Origin: a virus
Taxonomy: Duplodnaviria > Caudoviricetes
Reading direction: 5' to 3' (one strand)
Virus record (IMG/VR): IMGVR_UViG_3300014205_000174
DNA: 64,000 nt
Shown here: in pieces, positions 1-9,254 of the stretch
Layout of the letters: the number at the start of each line of letters is the position of its first letter
How positions within the stretch are numbered: position 1 is the first letter of the stretch
Position numbers and translations under genes: made by a program
Notes under the pieces: model-generated
The model's database searches: none
Told to the model about the DNA's origin: nothing
The model's input: the letters and a program-made list of their open reading frames with translations, nothing else

Positions 1-204
1 AAGCGGTTCTGGCTCGATGACATAAAACCTACCTCTGAAGACATAGTGGTTTTGCTGGGAGCCATGGTGCATAATGACTGCCCTGATATAAAAGTCAGGG
101 ACTTGATTAAGATTGCCCATCCTGCCAGTAAACGGTCACACAAGGAGATGGACGAATATGTCGACAAGGCTATTTCTCTTATATGCAGAACTATTAAAGC
201 GTAA
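1..204 (+). CDS. partial (5' truncated) uracil-DNA glycosylase-like protein C-terminus
   Basis: Frame 1 is open from base 1 to TAA at 202-204: ...IVVLLGAMVH...IKIAHPASKR, resembling the UDG-superfamily C-terminal motifs (hhhLG ... HPA/S). Confidence 0.5.
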   Translation, partial: KRFWLDDIKPTSEDIVVLLGAMVHNDCPDIKVRDLIKIAHPASKRSHKEMDEYVDKAISLICRTIKA

Positions 205-214
205 GTGCAATATT

Positions 215-230
215 TGGCACGTAATTTGCT
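215..230 (+). promoter_or_regulatory. sigma-54-type -24/-12 promoter
   Basis: TGGCAC-GTAAT-TTGCT, exact TGGCAC-N5-TTGC, intergenic, 25 nt before ORF 255. Confidence 0.65.
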
Positions 231-254
231 GTAATTTAACAAATCAGTCTTTAA

Positions 255-683
255 ATGGGTGCTTCATCAAATAAAGGAAAGTCGGTTCATGAGGAGCGTG
301 ACGACTGGGGCAATAAGTTGATTGCGGAAAAAAATGGCAATACGATAACAATGTCCCTGCTTTTGGCCGGAGCGAAGAAGCGTAAGCAGTTAGGCTATAT
401 TGACGTAGCAAAAAGGCGTTTCCATGCATTTCGGGAGCGGGAGGAGCACTTATTTCGAAAAGCAAACGGTTACGGGTTCAACTATGATTTTTTGGCAAAA
501 GCCAGAGCGTTTGACGACATCTGCCTTTCTGATGAAACCCAGTCGTGGAAGATACCGGTAGCTTTTGTGCTTGAGAATAAGAAATTTCTGCACTTTAAAC
601 AAGTGGGATTTGAACGCCAGGTATTTGTGTCGCTTGAGCAAATAAAGCCTTTTGAAATGAGAAGAGGTGGGCCGTCGTTTTAA
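255..683 (+). CDS. hypothetical protein
   Basis: 142 aa ORF in the co-directional gene array. Confidence 0.75.
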   Translation: MGASSNKGKSVHEERDDWGNKLIAEKNGNTITMSLLLAGAKKRKQLGYIDVAKRRFHAFREREEHLFRKANGYGFNYDFLAKARAFDDICLSDETQSWKIPVAFVLENKKFLHFKQVGFERQVFVSLEQIKPFEMRRGGPSF

Positions 684-697
684 AAATTAAGGTAGAT

Positions 698-886
698 ATG
701 AATGTGAATGATGGCCAAAGCCGCAAGACGCCGCAGGACGTGGAAAAATTTGAGGGGAGTCTGATTGCGGAATGTAATTATGCTACCCAGCGGCTAAAGG
801 AATACGAACAGTTTATCAAGTGGTTGAATGATAAACCCGAGTATAGGCATGTTTACCAGCAGTATTTACAGCAAAAATACCCATAA
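698..886 (+). CDS. hypothetical protein
   Basis: 62 aa ORF packed between neighbours. Confidence 0.65.
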   Translation: MNVNDGQSRKTPQDVEKFEGSLIAECNYATQRLKEYEQFIKWLNDKPEYRHVYQQYLQQKYP

Positions 887-909
887 GAAAGTAAATTTTA
901 CAGTTACCT

Positions 910-1338
910 TTGAAGCAAACAATAAGTCGCATGGCACTAGAGAAATTCGAGCAGATTATACCGATGGGTAAGCAGGAGTTTGCCTACCAGTGCGAAGATG
1001 TCAGCTCCATATGTGTCATTTCCGGCAGAATGCCAAGGAATAATGGGGCGCTGCCATATCCATCAAAGGAGAAGGAAGATTTCGATGAATACGAGCTGCG
1101 GATATCCAAATTTACCAGTAATGCCCTGATGGTGGAACTAATCAAGTTCCCATCGCAGGCCAACAGAATGGCTAATCGTCGGGAAGGTAAGTTGGTGCGA
1201 AGTAAAATATATCAGGCCAATATGAGCTTTTCCGGTTTGGTCAACCAGATATTCAAAAACGTTGAGGTTGCTGAATACCAAGAAGAAATTCCTATACCCC
1301 AGTCAGTGGCTGACGAACTTAAACGGCAAACAAAATAA
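910..1338 (+). CDS. hypothetical protein
   Basis: 142 aa ORF; stop overlaps the next start (TAATG). Confidence 0.7.
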   Translation: MKQTISRMALEKFEQIIPMGKQEFAYQCEDVSSICVISGRMPRNNGALPYPSKEKEDFDEYELRISKFTSNALMVELIKFPSQANRMANRREGKLVRSKIYQANMSFSGLVNQIFKNVEVAEYQEEIPIPQSVADELKRQTK

Positions 1339-1589
1339 TGGAAACAAATATAAACATAACCACCGGTACTGTTAAGCGTGTGCTGCCAACAATATATGGT
1401 AGTCTTACCACCAAAAAAATAATTATCCTTATTGAGGCTGCCAACAAAATAGATGGCCAGGTGTTTTCTGGTGTAATTACCGAGGATGGCACATTATACG
1501 GCAATGGCGAGATGGGAATTATAAAATGGTCTGAATTTCTGGATATGAAGGTGCAAATAGGCGATTTGAGCATTACCCCAAACAGTTAG
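1338..1589 (+). CDS. hypothetical protein
   Basis: 83 aa, translationally coupled. Confidence 0.65.
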   Translation: METNINITTGTVKRVLPTIYGSLTTKKIIILIEAANKIDGQVFSGVITEDGTLYGNGEMGIIKWSEFLDMKVQIGDLSITPNS

Positions 1590-1594
1590 ATTAT

Positions 1595-1912
1595 ATGGTA
1601 AAGAAATCGGAGCTGCTGCAAATCAATATGAATATGTCCGTCTATGTAATAATGGATGATGAGGACTTTCGGCACTGGCATAAGCACGATAATGCAGGTC
1701 AACCCGCAACTTTAAAAATAAAGTACGACCCCAAGGTGTATGAAAATAGAATAAATAAAAAAACTGGACTTGTCTGCATGCAGCTATACGAGTTCATGAG
1801 GATATTTGGGAATTACACAAAAGAACCAACGGACTGGTTGCCATGCAGGGCCACAATGATGTTTGATGCAAAAGATTTCAATAATGTAAAAAAAAGTAAC
1901 TTTAAAAAATGA
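1595..1912 (+). CDS. hypothetical phage protein
   Basis: 105 aa with a MQLYEFMRIFG motif; ATGA overlap with the next gene. Confidence 0.7.
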   Translation: MVKKSELLQINMNMSVYVIMDDEDFRHWHKHDNAGQPATLKIKYDPKVYENRINKKTGLVCMQLYEFMRIFGNYTKEPTDWLPCRATMMFDAKDFNNVKKSNFKK

Positions 1913-2184
1913 GCAAGGGAAAGGAAATAGTAAAAAAACTTAAGCGGAAGACGCCCATTGAAATCGAATACGAGGTGATACAAAAAGAAGATTATTACTC
2001 TTGCTATATACCCAGTATAGATTCTTACTTTTCGGTTTCCGGTAAATCCAAGACGCGGGCTCAGATTACCGCCGCCATTAAAAAGAAGGTAACTGGGCTT
2101 ACTATGCTGTGGATAAAATTCTGGAATGAAGAAAATAAAAAAGGGACGGCACTAAAGCCTACTGATACAAAAAAGAAAAAATAA
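1909..2184 (+). CDS. HicB-like (partial RNase H fold) protein, tentative
   Basis: IEYEVIQKEDYYSCYIPSIDSYFSVSGKS resembles HicB N-terminal domains. Confidence 0.4.
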   Translation: MSKGKEIVKKLKRKTPIEIEYEVIQKEDYYSCYIPSIDSYFSVSGKSKTRAQITAAIKKKVTGLTMLWIKFWNEENKKGTALKPTDTKKKK

Positions 2185-2189
2185 GGCAA

Positions 2190-3434
2190 CGTCACAACTA
2201 TCGGTATAAATTTATAAGTTTGTAAACTATGTTGAAAGCATACAAATACCGCATATACCCTGACTGGAATCAGCGCAGCCTGATTAACCAGACGATGGGT
2301 TGTTGCCGATTAGTGTATAATTTGGCGCTGGAGACTAAGATACGTGCGTACAAGGAGCATGGGGTGAGTTTATCTGGCTTTGACCTTATCAACCAGTTTT
2401 CGGAAATGAAGAAGGACTACGACTGGATGAATATACCGTATAGTCACAGCATACAGTCGTCTATCCGCAACGTAGAGCGTGCATACAAGAACTTTTTTAA
2501 CGGAGCGGGGTATCCAAAATACAAAAAGAAAACCAGCCGACAGAGCTATGCCTGCCCTGACGGGAAAAGGCATATTGACTTCGATAAAAGTCTTCTAACA
2601 ATCCCCAAAATACCCGGCATTGCAATAAAGCTTGATAAGCGTGCTATAATGGGAGATATAAAGACCGTTACGGTTGCTAAAACACCAACCGACAAATACT
2701 ACGTCAGCATCCTGGTCGATACAAAGAAGGCGCTGCCGGAGAAGAAAACCATAGACCCGGACAAAACGGTAGGTATAGACCTTGGCCTTACGCACTTCAT
2801 CATACTGGATAACGGAGATAAGTTCGACAACCCGCGCTTTCTGCGAGAGCATCTTGATAGGTTGAAATACCTGCAAAGGAAAGCGTCAAGAAAACAAAAA
2901 GGCAGTAAGAACCGGAAGAAAGCAAATAAGCTGGTTGCTGCCCAACACGAGAAAATAGGCAACAAGCGTAATGATTATCTGCAAAAACTCAGTACTAAAT
3001 TAGTTGGCGATAACCAAGCTACTACATTCTGTATTGAGAACCTTGCAGTTGCAAACATGGTCAAGAACCATAAACTGGCCCTAAGCATAAGTGATGCAAG
3101 CTGGTCTGAGTTTATCCGCATGCTGAAGTATAAATCAGAGTGGGCGGGTAAGAACGTGATAGAAATAGGCCGGTTTGAGAAAAGCACGAAAACATGTTTC
3201 TGCTGTAAGCAGGTAAACGAGACGGTAGACCTCGCTGACCGGATATGGACATGCCAAGGCTGCAATACTACCCACGATAGGGACATAAATGCGGCAAAGA
3301 ATATAAAGGAAATGGGGCTGAGTGAAGCAGGGCGGGGTACGTCCAAAAAGTCTGTGGAGCCACGAAGATTACCTCGGGCGCGGAAGCAGGAAGTCAGTAA
3401 TTACAAAGGCATCTACCTTAAAGTATGACATTAC
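2190..3434 (+). mobile_element. tnpB-only IS200/IS605-like element, ends approximate
   Basis: tnpB plus a 3' GAAGCAGGAA-GTCA...TGAC stem ending in ATTAC (3430-3434), typical of an omegaRNA/right end; left end not resolved. Confidence 0.55.
2229..3428 (+). CDS. tnpB: TnpB RNA-guided endonuclease, IS200/IS605 family, no tnpA
   Basis: KAYKYRIYP N-terminal HTH, RuvC GIDLG / IENL / HDRDINAA, CxxC...CxxC zinc ribbon. Confidence 0.95.
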   Translation: MLKAYKYRIYPDWNQRSLINQTMGCCRLVYNLALETKIRAYKEHGVSLSGFDLINQFSEMKKDYDWMNIPYSHSIQSSIRNVERAYKNFFNGAGYPKYKKKTSRQSYACPDGKRHIDFDKSLLTIPKIPGIAIKLDKRAIMGDIKTVTVAKTPTDKYYVSILVDTKKALPEKKTIDPDKTVGIDLGLTHFIILDNGDKFDNPRFLREHLDRLKYLQRKASRKQKGSKNRKKANKLVAAQHEKIGNKRNDYLQKLSTKLVGDNQATTFCIENLAVANMVKNHKLALSISDASWSEFIRMLKYKSEWAGKNVIEIGRFEKSTKTCFCCKQVNETVDLADRIWTCQGCNTTHDRDINAAKNIKEMGLSEAGRGTSKKSVEPRRLPRARKQEVSNYKGIYLKV

Positions 3435-3435
3435 C

Positions 3436-3608
3436 ATATATGACTGGTGCAGGGCGCAGATGGCCCTGATTGAGGCGGAGCAGGCTGATATAGCCACAGT
3501 TTTTCTTCCTTATGTTATTATCAAGGAAAAAAAACGCTGTACGAGACTTTTATCATCAGTGTTTCAGGCAATAGCGAACCTTTTTTATTAAGTTCACCAA
3601 ATCCATAA
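3436..3608 (+). pseudogene. orphan 3' fragment of a phage gene (DWxxAQMALIE...VFLPY...TLYE family), with a frameshift in an A-run
   Basis: Reads IYDWCRAQMALIEAEQADIATVFLPYVIIKEK then, after a shift in the poly-A, TLYETF...; no matching 5' half upstream of tnpB. Confidence 0.5.
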
Positions 3609-3614
3609 AGCAAT

Positions 3615-4244
3615 ATGCGACCAAAAAACAACCAGGCGGCCATAATCAATCGATTAGGCAAAAAACTAAAAGCAGCTTCAGCGGCACCAGCTAAAAAACA
3701 GGCTAAGTCAAAGCTTAGTGGTTCTTCCGGTAAGAAAACTGCTTATAAGAAGGCAGTTATCCCGGCTCCGGCCCCAACCACACGCTCTTCCGGCAATAAT
3801 TATCCGTCAGTATCTGGGCCATTTACAACGAAGCCGGCAACTGATTCAGTAACAGCGAGGCGTAAGGCCCTTGCATCAAAAAAAGTAGTAAAAACTGCAA
3901 GGAAATCTTTTTTTGATGAGCTTGACCATATATTTCCTATACGGGTAACACCGGATACGGTAGCGGCGAAAAAGGGGAAGAAGGTCGGTAAGGCTTCCGC
4001 TTCGGGAAAGCCAGGTGCCGAGTGGATAAATGAAAAGCCTAAGACCAAGGCCGCCCCCGGTAAGAAGCAAAATCATAAGCAATCTACTGAGGAGTTGGCC
4101 AGGTCGCTAATGCCATTATTTGCAGTGGCTGGGTATCATTTGGTAAAAATGATGTGCGGAATTTCCGAAAGTAAAGCCAAGGCCCCTGTAGCCAGAAAGG
4201 CTGCGCCGAAGAAAGCGGCAGTGAAGAAAGCCGCGAATAAGTAA
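3615..4244 (+). CDS. Lys/Ala/Pro-rich, histone H1-like basic protein
   Basis: 209 aa, very basic, KAAPKKAAVKKAA tail. Confidence 0.65.
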   Translation: MRPKNNQAAIINRLGKKLKAASAAPAKKQAKSKLSGSSGKKTAYKKAVIPAPAPTTRSSGNNYPSVSGPFTTKPATDSVTARRKALASKKVVKTARKSFFDELDHIFPIRVTPDTVAAKKGKKVGKASASGKPGAEWINEKPKTKAAPGKKQNHKQSTEELARSLMPLFAVAGYHLVKMMCGISESKAKAPVARKAAPKKAAVKKAANK

Positions 4245-4401
4245 TATTGATTTAGTTGTTTTTTTAAACACACACACAACATGGGAATACTTCCGGAACA
4301 TGACTGGGCCATATTTGGCAAATTCGTTTTTGTTGTTTTATTGCTTGTAGTCCTAGAGGGTGTGATTGTAAATATTAAGAAAAAACGAAAGAAAGAAGTC
4401 G

Positions 4402-5208
4402 ATGAGTAATATCCTTGTACGCAAGTTTATAGCAACTAACCTACACAGCAATGATACTCATACCTGTGATGATGAGGTAGCCGCATGTGAATATATCCGC
4501 AGTCGGCCTGTAGGGGAAAAGTATATGATATTGCCTTGTTATGAGGTTGTGTCCGATGCGGATATATCCTACCGTGTAACTATTGTGCTGCCGGTATGGG
4601 CTCATCCGCAAAAAACTATCAGGGCCATTGAAAGTGTCCTTAATCAGGATACCAATGGATGGGAGCTGTTGATAATTGGGGATTGCTGCCCGAATCTCCA
4701 GCGCCTCATAGACACTCGCTACTTCGATGCCATTATTTCCGCGCAGCAGCTTAAGGGCAATAGCGTAGTGGTAATTAATTTGCCGGAGCATTCGGGCGGC
4801 TTTGGATATAAGCAGCGGAACAAAGCAAGGGAAATAGCCAAGGGTAAGTATACCATGTACCTTGATAACGATGATTTCCTGCTTCCTGAGCATGTTTCTG
4901 CGCGCATGCGGGCTGTAGAAGGAGAAAATGAGGGTTCTTTAGACCTTGTTGCGTTTGAGACGTGGAAGAACTGGCTTGGCTTTTACCGGGATACGATTTT
5001 TGAATCCGGGAAAATAGGGCATGCGGAGATATTGATAAAAACATCTTTGTTGCGGGAGCTGCCGGAGAGCGACGGGGTGTACGGCCACGACTGGACATTG
5101 GTAGAGCAGTGCATTGCCCGGAACGTCAATAAGGCAATTATACCAGGCAGGCCCTACTCATATATAATAATGAGCGATAAGGAGCACCCGGAGGAGGGTA
5201 TTGATTAA
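4402..5208 (+). CDS. glycosyltransferase family 2 (GT-A)
   Basis: VTIVLPVW, AIESVLNQ, WELLIIGD, RNKA..AKGKY, YLDNDD (DxD). Confidence 0.9.
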   Translation: MSNILVRKFIATNLHSNDTHTCDDEVAACEYIRSRPVGEKYMILPCYEVVSDADISYRVTIVLPVWAHPQKTIRAIESVLNQDTNGWELLIIGDCCPNLQRLIDTRYFDAIISAQQLKGNSVVVINLPEHSGGFGYKQRNKAREIAKGKYTMYLDNDDFLLPEHVSARMRAVEGENEGSLDLVAFETWKNWLGFYRDTIFESGKIGHAEILIKTSLLRELPESDGVYGHDWTLVEQCIARNVNKAIIPGRPYSYIIMSDKEHPEEGID

Positions 5209-5226
5209 GCAGTAAAAAAAGCAAAA

Positions 5227-6093
5227 ATGCGTATAAGAAATTTATTTAAGTGGCGCAAGCCGTACATCCTGGATAAGTCTGGGCTTGATGAAATCAAGCA
5301 GGGCGTAGTAGAAGAGATGAGGAAGCAAATTGCCGCCTTGCAAAGACCGGAGCCGCTAACAACAAATTACGCATTATTCAATCCGACCACGCCGGATGGC
5401 GCTGGCCTGGATAAAGCCGTATACCTGTACGATTTTCTGGGAGAGTGGGGAAGTAATGCCTTAAATGTTGTGGGTGGTACGGGAATTGTTATTGGCGGTA
5501 CGGCAATTGATGTTCCTGCTGATGAAAATTCACCGGTAGGCCCAATATCGATAGGCGGACAGGTTATCGGCGAAGCAAAACGGATAAAACCAATAGATGT
5601 GCTCAATGAACTGGAAACCTTTGCCGGGCCGGATATGCTTGATGGCATTGATGCCAAGATTGCTGTCATGAAAGCCAAAATAGACCTCATTCGCAATAAT
5701 AGCTATGCGGAAAAGGAAGTGATAGATATGGTCACCCGCTTGGAGAACAGGAAGAAATGGGAGGAATTTAAAGAGTTCTATTCGCAATTCAACAACACTA
5801 CCTCAGACAAGGTGCAGACGCTGGTGAATAAATATGAACTGGTTCTTAAGGGTTCTGATTTATTCATAGGCAATATGCCCGATGAGGCAATCAATATCAT
5901 GAAGGAGTATGTCGACCAGACCGTTAACCTTTGTGGTAAGAGGCCTGTGTTTTATGTGATTGCCGAACAGCAGGAGTTCAAAGACCAGTACAAGAAGAAA
6001 GACCCAATACTTCTGGTTCAGTCGCCATTTGGAGCGTACTGGCAGATATTGGGTGCCTGGGACAAAGAAATGATATTGCTTGAAGAACTTTAA
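5227..6093 (+). CDS. conserved hypothetical phage protein
   Basis: 288 aa, C-terminal DPILLVQ...WQILGAWD motif. Confidence 0.8.
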   Translation: MRIRNLFKWRKPYILDKSGLDEIKQGVVEEMRKQIAALQRPEPLTTNYALFNPTTPDGAGLDKAVYLYDFLGEWGSNALNVVGGTGIVIGGTAIDVPADENSPVGPISIGGQVIGEAKRIKPIDVLNELETFAGPDMLDGIDAKIAVMKAKIDLIRNNSYAEKEVIDMVTRLENRKKWEEFKEFYSQFNNTTSDKVQTLVNKYELVLKGSDLFIGNMPDEAINIMKEYVDQTVNLCGKRPVFYVIAEQQEFKDQYKKKDPILLVQSPFGAYWQILGAWDKEMILLEEL

Positions 6094-6102
6094 TAATAAC
6101 CA

Positions 6103-6549
6103 ATGCAACAAACTGAAGAAAACATAATAACCTGGCCGGATATTTCACAGTGCCCATACGACATGATAGCGGGTAAAATTACGGAAATGTGCAAAGAGCT
6201 AAGAGGCCGTGATTTGTCAGTTAGAGAAGATGCGCTTAGTGCCGCCAAGGTAATCTGGCCGACATTGCAGTCTGCATTACGCAGTAAAGGTAAAGTCGTA
6301 GGGTTAAACGATTTTGCCGAACCGGTAATGCCAGAGTGGGCTACGGAACCGATAGTTTGCTTGGGAACAATCCCAGTAAAGGTTAAAAACAAGACCCACG
6401 CCATGAATGTTGCAAAAAGTACAGGTCACGGCGGCTGGGCTACAATAGGCGAGTTGTGGCTGTGGGTGGCAGACGGCGGCCCTATCATTGAGAAAACCAT
6501 GAGGCATTACGGCTATTTAAAAGGGGGCGAAGATGGAAAAATCAGATAA
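6103..6549 (+). CDS. hypothetical protein
   Basis: 148 aa ORF in array. Confidence 0.7.
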   Translation: MQQTEENIITWPDISQCPYDMIAGKITEMCKELRGRDLSVREDALSAAKVIWPTLQSALRSKGKVVGLNDFAEPVMPEWATEPIVCLGTIPVKVKNKTHAMNVAKSTGHGGWATIGELWLWVADGGPIIEKTMRHYGYLKGGEDGKIR

Positions 6550-6754
6550 AGAGAAAGTTAAAGAGCAATTCCCCGATGCATATGCGACTTGGGGCGTAAA
6601 GCTTTTTAGTTCAGCGCGACAGTGGCGCATTGAAAAAGGGGACGGTACCACCATAGCCTCCCGCTGTAGAAGTGAAAAAGCAGCATGGAGCCAGGCGGTT
6701 AAGAATATTGAAAGTAAAAACAAATCACATAAAACACAAACCAATGAAATTTAA
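6533..6754 (+). CDS. hypothetical protein
   Basis: 73 aa; C-terminal AAWSQA resembles AWWDA in 8380-8586. Confidence 0.65.
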   Translation: MEKSDKEKVKEQFPDAYATWGVKLFSSARQWRIEKGDGTTIASRCRSEKAAWSQAVKNIESKNKSHKTQTNEI

Positions 6755-7247
6755 AATTCTTCCCGGCTCGAAATTGTTCGATACGTTAACTGACGTCAAC
6801 AACGGTATGATTGCGGCAAGGGCCGCAATAACTGACACGCTTAAAGCCATGGGGTATACCGGGCAATATGCGTCATCAATGAATGATTATTATTTAGTTC
6901 ACTGCAATGCGGTACGAATAGAATTTGGTAAGCCGGATGGCTGGAAGTGCCTTGACTCCGGTCTGGAGTATTACTGGCCAAAGGCTAAAAATAAGGCTGC
7001 GCTTGCCCAGTTAGAAGCTTTACCGGCTATAAAGGTTGAGGCGATTAATAATCCGCTAAAATTCTCTTTTGGCCTTGGAGAAGACAACTGTATTTATCAT
7101 AGGCCGGCAATAGCGTGGCATAAAAAATACATCCTTATAGATACTGGCAGTATGGACTACAAGCCGGTAAAAGGGATGACCGAGATATTGGAGTCGGAGT
7201 ACAAAAAATTGCTAAAGGCTATAAAAGAACCAATTGAGGCTCGATAA
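6744..7247 (+). CDS. hypothetical protein, paralog of 11059-11571
   Basis: Start moved to ATG 6744 (MKFKILPGSKLFD), matching the paralog N-terminus; shared C-terminal YKPV..M.EI..SEY.KL. Confidence 0.8.
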   Translation: MKFKILPGSKLFDTLTDVNNGMIAARAAITDTLKAMGYTGQYASSMNDYYLVHCNAVRIEFGKPDGWKCLDSGLEYYWPKAKNKAALAQLEALPAIKVEAINNPLKFSFGLGEDNCIYHRPAIAWHKKYILIDTGSMDYKPVKGMTEILESEYKKLLKAIKEPIEAR

Positions 7248-7494
7248 CGAAAAAGAGGTGCTTCTTGGTAAGCCGCTATCCAAGCAACAGGAATTTTTTA
7301 TAGCGCTTTGCTGCGAAGATATCACCTATGCGCAAATTGCAATAAAGATGGGCCACAAGTCAGTCAGAACTATTGAGGGGTACCGGGATGAGGTATATGC
7401 CAAATTGGGACTGCATTCGAGAATTGGACTTATGAGGTACGCTATCAGAAGCGGAATAATTTCGTTTGATGACATTGTAAATGAGAAAGTATGA
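7234..7494 (+). CDS. LuxR/NarL-type HTH transcription regulator (stand-alone)
   Basis: LSKQQ..F..LCCEDITYAQIA..MG.SVRTIEGYR..VYAKLGLHSRIGL..YAIR. Confidence 0.85.
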   Translation: MRLDNEKEVLLGKPLSKQQEFFIALCCEDITYAQIAIKMGHKSVRTIEGYRDEVYAKLGLHSRIGLMRYAIRSGIISFDDIVNEKV

Positions 7495-7928
7495 TTATTA
7501 ATAGAAAAATAAAGTTCCGGTTCTTCATTCATTCCAAAAAGCGGATGATAGACGCCATCGGTTTTTGCATGGAGAGCGACACGCAGATTCGCATCTGGTA
7601 CATGGGTGTGCATAGCGATGGAGACGCAATGATTATGAATGAAAGCTTTGCTTTCCATGATGTGGCCCAGATGCAGTTGGTGGGGACTACTGATGTAAAG
7701 GGCAAGTATGTTTACGAGGGCGATGTAATAACATCAAAGTCCCATAGCCCTTCCCGGTACCTGGTGCAGTTTATTGAAGGTGGATTTTGCGCAACTCACC
7801 CATCTATTTCTGGGTATCCAATTGACATCAATCATTTTTACCCGAGCGTAGGTACGGACATTGAAATCATTGGGAACATTTTCCAAAATCATGAGTTTTA
7901 TCATGAACTGGGTAAGCTGCGAACATAA
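7491..7928 (+). CDS. YopX-family phage protein
   Basis: RKIKFR...MQ..G..DVKGK.VYEGDVI...IEIIGNIFQN. Confidence 0.85.
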   Translation: MIINRKIKFRFFIHSKKRMIDAIGFCMESDTQIRIWYMGVHSDGDAMIMNESFAFHDVAQMQLVGTTDVKGKYVYEGDVITSKSHSPSRYLVQFIEGGFCATHPSISGYPIDINHFYPSVGTDIEIIGNIFQNHEFYHELGKLRT

Positions 7929-8130
7929 ATTGCCAGATATCCCGTATTGTAAACAGGATGGAACAAGATTGATATCTGGCTGGGTAAAGGTGTTGACGGA
8001 AGATGGGAATGAGGTTACTGCCTATTATCATGCTTTATTAGGGTGGATGGTCAGAGGCGAGCCAGTTGGAACATATAAATACGGCTATGTGCCTTTAAAT
8101 AGTAAAGTTACTCACTGGAAGGTTTTGTAG
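7903..8130 (+). CDS. small phage protein (DUF551-like)
   Basis: MNWVSCEHKLP...VTHW pattern; start ATG approximate. Confidence 0.55.
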   Translation: MNWVSCEHKLPDIPYCKQDGTRLISGWVKVLTEDGNEVTAYYHALLGWMVRGEPVGTYKYGYVPLNSKVTHWKVL

Positions 8131-8379
8131 ATATTAAATATATTTTATGAGCAATAATCGTTTTTTTTGATGTAGATAAAGCCAAGACCGAAACTATTCA
8201 TATGGCTAATGCCCGCCGTCAGTACAAAGAAAGGGAAGAGGGCAACGACAATATCCATGACCCTGGCGTTGGTCTTTATTGGCAGACGTTTGAACAATGG
8301 TACGATGCCGGCAACTATGACCCAACTGAATGGGGCGATGAAGCATATGATATACCAATAACGCGAGAAGCATAACATT

Positions 8380-8586
8380 ATGTCACGACCAATATCAGAA
8401 AAATTTGTAAAAAGCAGGAAGCCCGGCGCATGGTGCGTTAAGGTGAAAGGAGTATATGTTATCCGCACCTGGCCGGACAAGCCTGGACAGGCAATAAAGC
8501 TTGGTGAAGGAGCTTCACAAGGTAAAGCGTGGTGGGATGCAAAACGTTTTCTTGAAAAAGAGGGTGTGGAGGAGTTTAAACTGTAA
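8380..8586 (+). CDS. hypothetical protein
   Basis: 68 aa ORF in array. Confidence 0.65.
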   Translation: MSRPISEKFVKSRKPGAWCVKVKGVYVIRTWPDKPGQAIKLGEGASQGKAWWDAKRFLEKEGVEEFKL

Positions 8587-8589
8587 ACT

Positions 8590-8775
8590 ATGCCTACAGT
8601 AAAAAACAGAACAAAAAAAGGTAAAACTACCTCTGTCTATATCCCAGAGCTGAAAATGACGGTTCAGGTTAAGCCCGGTAGTACTGTGGAGGAGACAAGG
8701 AGGAAATATTTGTCTGCTAGGGAATTTGAGAACAAACGGCACGTGTACTTTATTGAGAATGAAAATATAGATTAA
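8590..8775 (+). CDS. hypothetical protein
   Basis: 61 aa basic ORF. Confidence 0.6.
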   Translation: MPTVKNRTKKGKTTSVYIPELKMTVQVKPGSTVEETRRKYLSAREFENKRHVYFIENENID

Positions 8776-8781
8776 ATCACC

Positions 8782-9033
8782 ATGACGACAATTACAATAC
8801 CCATAGGGTGCGAAGGGGGTGCGTCAGAACAACAGTTCCGGACATTCTGCGAACACTTTTCCTGTACGTTAGAAAAAAGAAAACTCGGTGCGGTAGAGTG
8901 GGTTATCCATGCCGAAGATGCAAATGATATCTTCTGGCTTGGAGCAAACATGAACTTCCGTCATAAGGATGGCGTCTCTATTAGTGTGGCTAGCAAACTT
9001 TTGAATAATGAGCAAGGGCGGTGTTATAGTTGA
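8782..9033 (+). CDS. hypothetical protein
   Basis: 83 aa ORF. Confidence 0.6.
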   Translation: MTTITIPIGCEGGASEQQFRTFCEHFSCTLEKRKLGAVEWVIHAEDANDIFWLGANMNFRHKDGVSISVASKLLNNEQGRCYS

Positions 9034-9232
9034 AGTTGTTTCCGGAAAAAGGGCTGGTAAGTTTGGTCAGGTTCCAATTGCAAAACAGCAGTTGAAGTTT
9101 GCAAAATTACTTAAGGTGTGGGTGGAGTACTTTGAAGACTGCAATTGTCAGGTGCCGGTACTTGAGAACGGACGCAAGGTTGATGGTCTTACTTCCGCAA
9201 TAAATATTAGACGCATTGGATTCTACGATTAA
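9008..9232 (+). CDS. hypothetical protein (KOW/SH3-like)
   Basis: GVIVEVVSGKRAGKFG resembles a KOW motif. Confidence 0.55.
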   Translation: MSKGGVIVEVVSGKRAGKFGQVPIAKQQLKFAKLLKVWVEYFEDCNCQVPVLENGRKVDGLTSAINIRRIGFYD

Positions 9233-9254
9233 AAAACGTATAAATTAGGTTGAA

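Noticed and set aside
3322-3591. 89 aa ORF overlapping the tnpB 3' end
   Set aside because: Chimera of omegaRNA sequence and the orphan gene fragment; unlikely to be a real gene
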